18,698 nt of DNA from Candidatus Bathyarchaeum sp. GTDB lineage: Archaea > Thermoproteota > Bathyarchaeia > Bathyarchaeales > Bathyarchaeaceae. A model generated the notes under the pieces. It ran no database searches, was not told the origin of the DNA, and saw only the letters and a program-made list of their open reading frames with translations. The DNA lies in assembly GCA_026014495.1 (NCBI GenBank), contig JAOZIF010000154.1, positions 1 to 18,698 on the forward strand, read 5' to 3'. A program made the position numbers and the translations under genes. Shown here one piece after another: positions 7,734 to 14,452 of this stretch. Positions within the stretch are counted from its first letter, which is position 1. The number at the start of each line of letters is the position of its first letter.

Positions 7734-7765
7734 CTTAAATGTGTATTCAATCATCAAAAGATTGA
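7734..7765 (+). promoter_or_regulatory. putative TATA box and operator-like inverted repeat upstream of the 7772 microprotein
   Basis: CTTAAAT (7734-7740), then TCAATC-N7-GATTGA (7747-7765) just before the ATG at 7772. Confidence 0.4.
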
Positions 7766-7771
7766 TTCACG

Positions 7772-7930
7772 ATGGCGACCCTGAGTAAAACAGCTGAAAC
7801 CTGCAAAAACCCTTGGAAAAGAAACTGTACAAACACTAACATCGAAGTCTACATCTATTACAAAAACAAGAGCATTCCAATATGCCGCAAATGCTGGAGC
7901 AAAATCGCAGAAAAAGACCTTGAATGGTAA
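7772..7930 (+). CDS. 52-aa Cys4 (putative zinc-finger) microprotein, absent from the ORF track
   Basis: Manual translation: MATLSKTAETCKNPWKRNCTNTNIEVYIYYKNKSIPICRKCWSKIAEKDLEW*. Pattern C-x7-C-x18-CxxC-W; TATA-like box 31 nt upstream; fills an otherwise empty gap. Confidence 0.72.
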   Translation: MATLSKTAETCKNPWKRNCTNTNIEVYIYYKNKSIPICRKCWSKIAEKDLEW

Positions 7931-7939
7931 GTCTTGTTT

Positions 7940-8122
7940 TTAATCATGAGATTGTACTTTGTCGTTATGCTTTTCGATTTCCTCTGTTCTCTTTCTGACT
8001 GCTTCTGCCACGAACTCGGTTACGCTTCTATAGCCTAGGTCTGCTCTGGCTTTAACCAAAATTTTTACTTTCCCATATAACCCTGAGGGCAGATTCACTG
8101 AGTCGTATCCTTTTACAGGCAT
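7940..8122 (-). CDS. ribbon-helix-helix (CopG/MetJ/Arc-like) DNA-binding protein
   Basis: SVNLPSGLYGKVKILV...GYRSVTEFVAEAVRKR shows the beta-strand, helix A, (G)YxSxxEFxxxAVR helix B pattern; AAGGAG RBS; CTTTAAAC TATA-like box at 8171-8178 on the minus strand. Confidence 0.8.
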   Translation of the reverse strand: MPVKGYDSVNLPSGLYGKVKILVKARADLGYRSVTEFVAEAVRKRTEEIEKHNDKVQSHD

Positions 8123-8178
8123 GTTTTTTCGCTCCTTTTTTTGGCTTATTTCTTTTCACAATCTTTGCTCGTTTAAAG

Positions 8179-8550
8179 CTAGTTTTTATTTTTTGACAAC
8201 TCATTTCCCATAATTATAGGTCCAAACGAACGTTCCATGCGATTTAGCATGTTTTGTCCTTGTGATGTTAAGTTGTAGATTCTTTTTGGATGGAAGTTTT
8301 CTGTTTCCCATGTGCTGTCTAAATATTTTCTGTTCTCTAGGTCATTTAATAGTGGATAGATGCTGCTTGGTCCTAAGTATATTCCAAATTTTTTGCGGAT
8401 TATTCTTATTATTCCATATCCGTGCATGGGTTGATTTTTCAGGATGCGTAGTACTATGAAGTATCGTAGTCCTCGTATGATTTGGGCTTGAATTTGGTTT
8501 GTGTTTTCGGTCATGTTTAGTTCATGTTGGTCTTTTATTGGACTTGCCAT
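8179..8550 (-). CDS. PadR-family transcriptional regulator
   Basis: VLRILKNQPMHGYGIIRII...GPSSIYPLLNDLE...STWE...PKRIYNLTSQG is the PadR wHTH signature. ATG 8550 (AAGGGT upstream) or 8514 preferred over the track's TTG 8694, which would overlap the divergent gene. Confidence 0.88.
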   Translation of the reverse strand: MASPIKDQHELNMTENTNQIQAQIIRGLRYFIVLRILKNQPMHGYGIIRIIRKKFGIYLGPSSIYPLLNDLENRKYLDSTWETENFHPKRIYNLTSQGQNMLNRMERSFGPIIMGNELSKNKN

Positions 8551-8566
8551 TGATTTTACCCTTCTA

Positions 8567-8587
8567 ATACCGCAAATATCGCGGTAT
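8567..8587. promoter_or_regulatory. perfect inverted repeat ATACCGC-N7-GCGGTAT (candidate operator)
   Basis: Lies between the minus-strand TATA box (8591-8597) and the PadR start (8550). Confidence 0.6.
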
Positions 8588-8590
8588 CTG

Positions 8591-8648
8591 ATATAAGCAT
8601 TTCGCTTTTGCATTGCATAACCGCAATACAATACCGAAATGCTTAAAA
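8591..8648. promoter_or_regulatory. back-to-back divergent BRE/TATA promoters sharing an identical 11-mer CGAAATGCTTA
   Basis: Minus strand CGAAATGCTTATAT (8604-8591) toward PadR; plus strand CGAAATGCTTAAAA (8635-8648) toward the wHTH-PAS gene, whose ATG lies about 25 nt downstream (likely leaderless). Confidence 0.65.
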
Positions 8649-8672
8649 ATTGTAGCCAACATACACAACACC

Positions 8673-9947
8673 ATGAATCAGGAACAGATATCAAAGATCG
8701 CCAGTTTACTCAAAAACAACGCTCGAGGTATGACCGTAACACAAATCTCTAAAGAAATCAACTTGAACAGAAACTCAGTCGCAAAATACCTCGAAGTCCT
8801 GCTAATATCTGGTCACGTAGAAATGAAGTCATATGGACCAGCAAAAGTATTTTTCATCTCACAAAGAGTTCCAATGTCTGCTCTTATCGACTTTTCTTCA
8901 GACTACATACTCATCTTAGACAGAGACTTCAAAGTAATAAAAGCAAACGACAATTTTCAAAAGCTAGTAAGACTTGAAGTTGACGCCCTAATCGGACAAA
9001 AAATAGAGTTTGTTCCTCTGTCCGAGTTTAGCACTCAAAAAATGAAAGCAGACCTCAAAGACGCCCTGAACGGAAAAAGTGTAACAACTGAAATGGAGTT
9101 CTCAATAGGTGCAATCAAGTACACTTTTAACACCAAAATTATTCCAACAACATTTGAGGATGGATTACCCGGAGTAACTATGATTTTTGAGGACATCACA
9201 GCGCGCAAAATGATGGAAGCTGAGCTACGAAAAAGTGAACAACGGTATAGACGTCTCATCGAATCCATAACTGACGGCGTTTACGTTGTCAACCATGACT
9301 TAATGCTTGTTTTAGTTAACGATGCAGGAGGCTGTTTACTTGGAATTCCAAAAGAAAAACTGTTGGGAACTAAAGTCACTGATTTGCCTTCACATATCAA
9401 AGAAACACCATTTTTCAAGGCTTTTAACCAAGTTATGAAAACACGAAAGCCAGATACTGTTACTAGCGAGCACACCTATAGCGATGGACGCAAGGGCTGG
9501 TATGAAGTACGCCTCTATCCAGTTCCTGAAGGCATTTTGGCTATTGTGGTGGACATCACTAAACGTAAGGTGGCTGAGGCCGAGTTAATGCGACTATCTA
9601 ATGCTATGAGGATGTCGACAGACAGCATCGTAATTACCGATATTGACACGCGGATTTTGGACGTAAATGAAGCCACCTTAGAAATGTACGGAGCACGTGA
9701 AAAGGATGAATTGATTGGAAAATATGCCTTTGAGCTTCTTGACCCCGAGGCTCAAAGTAGTGCTTCTGGTGCTTTGACGGAATTGATGAAAAAGGGTTCT
9801 AAAAAAATCCTGAAATTTAAGGTTCAAACTCTTGGTGGTACTAAGTTTTTAGAGGTAAGTTTGGGTTTAATGAAAGACGATAATGATAAACCAATGGGTC
9901 TTGTAGCAATAAGCAGGGATGTTACTGCAAGCAACAAAACAAAATAA
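8673..9947 (+). CDS. winged-helix plus three PAS domains (one-component sensor/regulator, no kinase)
   Basis: N-terminal GMTVTQISKEINLNRNSVAKYLEVLLISGHVEMKSYG is an HTH. Three PAS units have ILILDRD..VIKAN, VYVVNHDLMLVLVND and SIVITD..RILDVNEA, ending FEDIT, VVDIT and SRDVT. ATG 8673 preferred over 8613. Confidence 0.88.
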   Translation: MNQEQISKIASLLKNNARGMTVTQISKEINLNRNSVAKYLEVLLISGHVEMKSYGPAKVFFISQRVPMSALIDFSSDYILILDRDFKVIKANDNFQKLVRLEVDALIGQKIEFVPLSEFSTQKMKADLKDALNGKSVTTEMEFSIGAIKYTFNTKIIPTTFEDGLPGVTMIFEDITARKMMEAELRKSEQRYRRLIESITDGVYVVNHDLMLVLVNDAGGCLLGIPKEKLLGTKVTDLPSHIKETPFFKAFNQVMKTRKPDTVTSEHTYSDGRKGWYEVRLYPVPEGILAIVVDITKRKVAEAELMRLSNAMRMSTDSIVITDIDTRILDVNEATLEMYGAREKDELIGKYAFELLDPEAQSSASGALTELMKKGSKKILKFKVQTLGGTKFLEVSLGLMKDDNDKPMGLVAISRDVTASNKTK

Positions 9948-9968
9948 AAACATCTGTTTAATATGCTA

Positions 9969-10154
9969 CTACTTTTTCACGGATATTGCCTCAACAGGGC
10001 AAATTAGTTTACATTTTGAGCACGCTGAGCAGTTGATTGGATTTGTGACGATTGGTTGGTCTTCAAACCACTCTATTACACCATAATCGCATGCTTCAAC
10101 ACATTTTCTACAGCCCGTGCAACAACTGTAATCAATCTTTACTGTTACTACCAA
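9969..10154 (-). CDS. 2[4Fe-4S] dicluster ferredoxin
   Basis: CTGCRKCVEAC and CSACSKCKLICP, two CxxCxxCxxxC motifs. TTG 10154 after AAGGAG/GGTG preferred over the track's start at 10199. Confidence 0.92.
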   Translation of the reverse strand: MVVTVKIDYSCCTGCRKCVEACDYGVIEWFEDQPIVTNPINCSACSKCKLICPVEAISVKK

Positions 10155-10276
10155 ACACCAAAGCTCCTTGCTTGTAATGCAAAATAGTTGATTATACAAA
10201 CGTCCTCTTGATGTTAAGCTCTTTTGGGACGTATTCTACAGTAACGCAAACGCGCTGATTAAGTGCTTTGTTAACT

Positions 10277-10486
10277 TTATGTGCCCATCATGCAGTCTAC
10301 TACTCGTGAACAAAGCAGGCATTCTTCTGGAACCGAATTGCTTTTGGGGAGTTTGGATAAGTAGCCAAAATGGTGCGAACATTTTTCTTCATGTTTCTCT
10401 GATTCGTTTGTTTGCTGGTTAACAATTGAGTCTTTCACTTTTTCAAGCACTTCGTCTATTGGAACGTCAGAGCTCATTGTGTCCAC
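10277..10486 (-). CDS. small hypothetical protein with C-terminal Cys/His motif
   Basis: CSHHFGYLSKLPKSNSVPEECLLCSRVVDC; acidic/polar N-terminal half. Start is GTG 10486 or ATG 10477. Confidence 0.7.
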   Translation of the reverse strand: MDTMSSDVPIDEVLEKVKDSIVNQQTNESEKHEEKCSHHFGYLSKLPKSNSVPEECLLCSRVVDCMMGT

Positions 10487-10667
10487 TCATTGTCCTAAAA
10501 GTTTAACTGCTCATATAACACCTATGAAATCAGAATACACATTATAACTAACCATAACCATCCACTAACCCGCGCAACAAACTTTACGGCCTGCTTTGTT
10601 TTCACAATGAAGCTGTTTAGAAAGCAAAACTAAACCAACTTTGATGGTGCAATAGCATACGCTGTGA

Positions 10668-10682
10668 GGTAAAGTTTATAAC
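10668..10682 (+). promoter_or_regulatory. putative BRE/TATA promoter of the rpl3 operon
   Basis: GGTAAAG-TTTATAAC, ending 57 nt before the rpl3 ATG; AGAAGGA precedes the start. Confidence 0.6.
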
Positions 10683-10739
10683 TTGACGTTCTTATTGGAA
10701 AAGACGAATTGCGACTAATAATACAAGAAGGATATTAGC

Positions 10740-11747
10740 ATGGGTCATAGAAAAAAGCATGCTCCTAGGCATGGTTCATTAGCATATTTACCAAGAGGAC
10801 GCGCCAAACGACCTGTTGGGCGAATCCGTTACTGGCCCAAAGTAGAAGAAGGTCCGACAATGCTCGGATTCATGGGCTACAAAGCTGGAATGACTCACAT
10901 CATGATGATAGAGGACAAACCAGGCTCCCTACACTTGGGCAAAGAAGCATCACATCCAGCAACAATACTGGACGTTCCCCCGATCACAGTTTTTGCAATC
11001 CGCGCATACACAAAAGACCAGTATGGACTGCACACCTTTACTGAAGCTTGGATGAAAAGCCCACCAAAAGATTTTGACCGCGCCCTTGTTTTACCTGAAG
11101 AATTCAACACTGAAGAGAAACTAAAAAAGATAGAAGAGAACGCTGACAAAATAGCTGAGATTCGTCTCTTAGCTGCAACCCAGCCTAGGTTGGCAGCTGT
11201 TCCAAAGAAGAAGCCTGATATTTCAGAAATCAAGGTTGATGGAGGTTCGATTCAAGAACAAATCGAATACGCGAAGAGCCTTTTGGGAAAGAATGTGTCT
11301 ATCACAGATGTCTTTAAAGAAGGACACTTTATGGACGCGATAGCCGTAACCAAAGGAAAAGGATTCCAAGGTCCAGTAAAACGGTGGGGAGTTAACATTT
11401 TGCCTCGTAAGTCTCATAAGACTAAACGAGGAGTAGCCTGTATTGGTCCATGGAAACCCGCAAGAGTACTATACTCTGTTCCGCGAGCTGGACAGATGGG
11501 TTACCACCAAAGAACTGAATATAACAAGCGTATCCTAAAAATTGGCGTTGATGGAAAAGATGTTACCCCCAAAGGCGGTTTCATGCATTATGGAGAAGTA
11601 AAAGGAACATACGTTATTGTTGATGGAAGTCTTCCAGGTCCTGCCAAGCGTCTTGTGCGGTTGCGGTATCCTGCTCGTCCTCCAACAAAGATGCCTGATG
11701 TTGCCCCGAATGTTACATACGTTTCTTTGGAGTCTATGCAAAAATAA
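10740..11747 (+). CDS. rpl3: 50S ribosomal protein L3 (uL3)
   Basis: MGHRKKHAPRHGSLAYLPRGRA, GFMGYKAGMTH, TKGKGFQGPVKRWG, RAGQMGYHQRTEYNK and GSLPGPAKRL. Confidence 0.98.
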   Translation: MGHRKKHAPRHGSLAYLPRGRAKRPVGRIRYWPKVEEGPTMLGFMGYKAGMTHIMMIEDKPGSLHLGKEASHPATILDVPPITVFAIRAYTKDQYGLHTFTEAWMKSPPKDFDRALVLPEEFNTEEKLKKIEENADKIAEIRLLAATQPRLAAVPKKKPDISEIKVDGGSIQEQIEYAKSLLGKNVSITDVFKEGHFMDAIAVTKGKGFQGPVKRWGVNILPRKSHKTKRGVACIGPWKPARVLYSVPRAGQMGYHQRTEYNKRILKIGVDGKDVTPKGGFMHYGEVKGTYVIVDGSLPGPAKRLVRLRYPARPPTKMPDVAPNVTYVSLESMQK

Positions 11748-11760
11748 TTGGTGATAAATT

Positions 11761-12543
11761 ATGGGTAAAATTTCAGCTAAAGTGTTTGACCTAAAAGGCG
11801 AGGAAGTAAGTCAACTTAATCTTCCTCACATATTCAATACGCCCAGCAGGCCAGACGTGATAAAGCGGGCAGTAGTTACAATTCAGTCACACAAGTATCA
11901 GCCACAAGGCAGAGACCCAATGGCTGGAAAACGAAACACTGCAGTATCGCGTCATGCTGGTTTGGGAATAGCTCGTGTGCCCCGACTAAGAGAACGAGGA
12001 CAACGAGCTGCTTTTGCTCCCGGCACCGTAGGTGGCAGATCAGCTCATCCGCCTGTCTCTGAAAAGAGTATCAAAAAGAAGCTTCCGAAAAAGGAGATGC
12101 GCTTAGCTTTGCGTTCAGCAGTTGCTGCAACAGCCTCTAAAGAAGCTGTGGCTTGTAGAGGTCATATGGTAGATGATGTTCCAGACTTTCCTTTGGTTGT
12201 TGTTGATGACATCCAAAACCTGAAAAAGACCAAGGACATTGAAGAAGCACTAACCAATCTTGGAGTATGGGCAGACATCTTTCGCGTGAAGGAAAGCCGC
12301 AAAGTTAGAGCAGGCAAAGGAAAGATGAGAGGACGAAAAATGAAGCAAGCTATTGGTCCTTTGTTGGTTATAACCAAAAATGAGGGCGTGGCTGAGGCGG
12401 CTCGTAACCTTCCTGGACTGGATGTTGTTTGCGTTGAGAGCTTGAATGCTGAACTTTTGGCGCCCGGAACTCATCCGGGACGGCTGACTGTTTGGACGAA
12501 TTCAGCTTTTGAGAAACTTGAAACTGTCTTTGGAGGAAACTAA
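11761..12543 (+). CDS. rpl4: 50S ribosomal protein L4 (uL4)
   Basis: RPDVIKRAV, QPQGRDPMAG, APGTVGGRSAHPP, RAGKGKMRGR and LAPGTHPGRLTVWT; directly follows rpl3. Confidence 0.98.
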   Translation: MGKISAKVFDLKGEEVSQLNLPHIFNTPSRPDVIKRAVVTIQSHKYQPQGRDPMAGKRNTAVSRHAGLGIARVPRLRERGQRAAFAPGTVGGRSAHPPVSEKSIKKKLPKKEMRLALRSAVAATASKEAVACRGHMVDDVPDFPLVVVDDIQNLKKTKDIEEALTNLGVWADIFRVKESRKVRAGKGKMRGRKMKQAIGPLLVITKNEGVAEAARNLPGLDVVCVESLNAELLAPGTHPGRLTVWTNSAFEKLETVFGGN

Positions 12544-12544
12544 A

Positions 12545-12805
12545 TTGGATCCATACAAAACTATTCGTTATCCTGTTATGACTGAGGTTACAAGCCGTAT
12601 ACTTGAGTCCGAAAATAAGCTGGTTTTTATGGTCAGCAAGAGCGCTACAAAGCGTGACATTAAGCTGGCGGTAGAAGAGCTTTATGATGTGGCTGTTGCT
12701 AATGTCAATTCTACTATTACTCCTGACGGCGAGAAGAAAGCGTTTGTGAGGCTTACTCCAGATTATAAGGCAGCTGATATAGCCATTAAACTAGGTATCC
12801 TCTAA
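12545..12805 (+). CDS. rpl23: 50S ribosomal protein L23 (uL23)
   Basis: MDPYKTIRYPVMTE...NKLVFMV...KRDIKLAVEELYDV...GEKKAFVRL. GGAGG (12532-12536) supports TTG 12545 rather than the track's 12509. Confidence 0.97.
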   Translation: MDPYKTIRYPVMTEVTSRILESENKLVFMVSKSATKRDIKLAVEELYDVAVANVNSTITPDGEKKAFVRLTPDYKAADIAIKLGIL

Positions 12806-12828
12806 CATGAGGATTTCTGGTTTTTAAA

Positions 12829-13551
12829 ATGCCCTCATCTACCAAGTTTCTTTCTGCTATAGTTTTTCTGTTAGTTATTGCTGTTTCTGTTGTCCTTTAT
12901 GTTTACCCTGAAGTAGTTTATAGCATTCTAATTGTTGTGATAGAATCTTTTCAAGCGGGAGGACTTCCTCTCCTGTTTGCCATGATGGTTATACAAGCCA
13001 TAGCCATCCCAATTCCATCCGAGCTTGTTTTGATTGCTGGCGGCTTAGCGTTTGCTTTCCCCTTTGGGTGGCTTGTTGGCGCATTAGGCTCAATAGTTGC
13101 GGCTATTGTAAGCTTTTACATCTCCAAAAAAGGTGGCAGAGGACTTGCCATAAAGCTTGTTGGCGAAAACGCAATCAAGTTTGCGGATAACTGGTTTAAC
13201 CGTTGGGGTGGCTGGGCTATTCTTCTGGGGCGCTTTGCACCGTTCATACCCTTTGATGCCATATCATACAGTGCGGGTTTGACTACAATGAAACTAAAAA
13301 AGTTCCTAATTCCCACTGTGATAGGCACTTTGCCTCGAACCCTATTCTACACTTATTTGGGAACATATTTGGGAGTAACTTTCGAAGACCTCATAGATTC
13401 CTACCGCACTACTGGACAAATACCCGATAACCTTCAGAACTTGGTTTCTCAGTTCAATTACGTTTTGTTGGCTGCTGTTGCAGTGATTGGAGTTATTTTT
13501 GTGGTATACACACTTGTAACTAGGCGGTATTCTAAGGGTAGCGAAAACTAA
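12829..13551 (+). CDS. TVP38/TMEM64 (VTT domain, DedA superfamily) membrane protein
   Basis: QAIAIPIPSELVLIAGGLAF, GSIVAAIVSFYISK, LLGRFAPFIPFDAISYSAGLT and TVIGTLPRTLFYTYLG; multiple hydrophobic segments. Confidence 0.9.
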   Translation: MPSSTKFLSAIVFLLVIAVSVVLYVYPEVVYSILIVVIESFQAGGLPLLFAMMVIQAIAIPIPSELVLIAGGLAFAFPFGWLVGALGSIVAAIVSFYISKKGGRGLAIKLVGENAIKFADNWFNRWGGWAILLGRFAPFIPFDAISYSAGLTTMKLKKFLIPTVIGTLPRTLFYTYLGTYLGVTFEDLIDSYRTTGQIPDNLQNLVSQFNYVLLAAVAVIGVIFVVYTLVTRRYSKGSEN

Positions 13552-13562
13552 AAGTATTTAAA
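13550..13562 (+). promoter_or_regulatory. putative BRE/TATA promoter for rpl2
   Basis: AAAAG-TATTTAAA immediately after the DedA stop, ending 46 nt before the rpl2 TTG; AAAGGAAG precedes the start. Confidence 0.55.
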
Positions 13563-13608
13563 CTGTTTTGTGTGTAGAACCTAAGCGTTTCAAAGGAAGA
13601 TGTGACAT

Positions 13609-14346
13609 TTGGGTAAACGAATTCGTGTGCAAAGACGCGGAAGAGGAAGTTCAACTTTTAGGGCATCATGCCACAAGCGGGTAGCTCCTGTTAAGTACCC
13701 TTCAGTGTCGGTCACTGAACAAAAAGGAGTTCTTAATGGTCAAGTTAAAAGCATACTTCATGACCCTGGACGAGGCTCTCCAATGGTCGCCGTGAAGCTT
13801 GAGAACGGAGACACATATTATTCGATTGTTCCAGAGGGTGTTTATGAGGGTCAGCCCACCCAAATCGGCGAGGAAGCTTCAGTTGAAATAGGAAACGTTC
13901 TTCCTATTGGCAAGATTCCTGAAGGAACAATGATATGCAACATTGAGATGTCTCCTGGCGATGGAGGCAAAATGGTGCGCGCATCTGGAGCATACGCAAC
14001 AATCATTACCCACACAGCTGACGGAACAATCATAAAGCTTCCCTCAAAACGAACAAGATACATCAATGATAATTGTAGAGCAACAGTTGGAGTCATCTCT
14101 GGAGCAGGACGTATCGAAAAGCCTTTCCTTAAAGCAGGCGCCAAGTTCCATTTAATGAAGGCAAAAGGTCACATGTATCCGCGTACCCGAGGTATCGCCA
14201 TGATTGCTGCATGTCACCCTTACGGTAGCAGCAAGAAAGGTGGACGCAAAGTTACTACAGTTTCAAGGAATGCTCCTCCAGGCAAAAAAGTTGGTTTAAT
14301 TGCGGCAAGAAGTGCAGGCAGTAGACTAAAAAGAAAACGTGTATAG
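13609..14346 (+). CDS. rpl2: 50S ribosomal protein L2 (uL2)
   Basis: MGKRIRVQRRGRG, HDPGRGSP, LPIGKIPEGT, PGDGGKMVRASG, KLPS, RIEKPFLKAG and RNAPPGKKVGLIAAR; TTG start. Confidence 0.98.
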   Translation: MGKRIRVQRRGRGSSTFRASCHKRVAPVKYPSVSVTEQKGVLNGQVKSILHDPGRGSPMVAVKLENGDTYYSIVPEGVYEGQPTQIGEEASVEIGNVLPIGKIPEGTMICNIEMSPGDGGKMVRASGAYATIITHTADGTIIKLPSKRTRYINDNCRATVGVISGAGRIEKPFLKAGAKFHLMKAKGHMYPRTRGIAMIAACHPYGSSKKGGRKVTTVSRNAPPGKKVGLIAARSAGSRLKRKRV

Positions 14347-14353
14347 GTTCTGG

Positions 14354-14390
14354 AGCAAAAGTTTTCAGAAAAAGCTAGTTTTCTTTTGCT
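14354..14390 (+). terminator. inverted repeat with T-tracts after rpl2 (putative terminator)
   Basis: AGCAAAAG (14354-14361) and CTTTTGCT (14383-14390), with internal AGAAAA/TTTTCT and TTTTCTTTT. Confidence 0.45.
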
Positions 14391-14399
14391 AAAAACTAA

Positions 14400-14424
14400 A
14401 ATGGCAATTTTTAAATCAGCCATT
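14400..14424 (+). promoter_or_regulatory. TATA box flanked by an inverted repeat, upstream of the cupin gene
   Basis: AATGGC-AATTTTTAAATCA-GCCATT; GAGAGG RBS before TTG 14453. Confidence 0.45.
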
Positions 14425-14452
14425 ACGTTTCTATTTTTGAGAGGTTGTTATT

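Noticed and set aside
7772-8122. RHH plus microprotein as a toxin-antitoxin pair
   Set aside because: The genes are convergent with separate promoters, and the microprotein has no toxin motif.
7249-9475. Shadow ORFs 7249-7437, 7486-7713, 8262-8459, 9035-9268 and 9281-9475
   Set aside because: They overlap stronger genes and lack motifs or an RBS.
8673-9947. LOV (blue-light) photoreceptor
   Set aside because: No GxNCRFLQ motif in any PAS domain.
10200-10232. ACGTCC-N21-GGACGT inverted repeat upstream of the ferredoxin
   Set aside because: 6-bp arms with a long spacer are expected by chance, and there is no second copy.
10895-14423. Antisense ORFs over the ribosomal protein and DedA genes (10895-11233, 11223-11417, 11535-11741, 12162-12377, 12250-12474, 13116-13328, 13851-14144, 14220-14423)
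   Set aside because: They are shadows of highly conserved genes.
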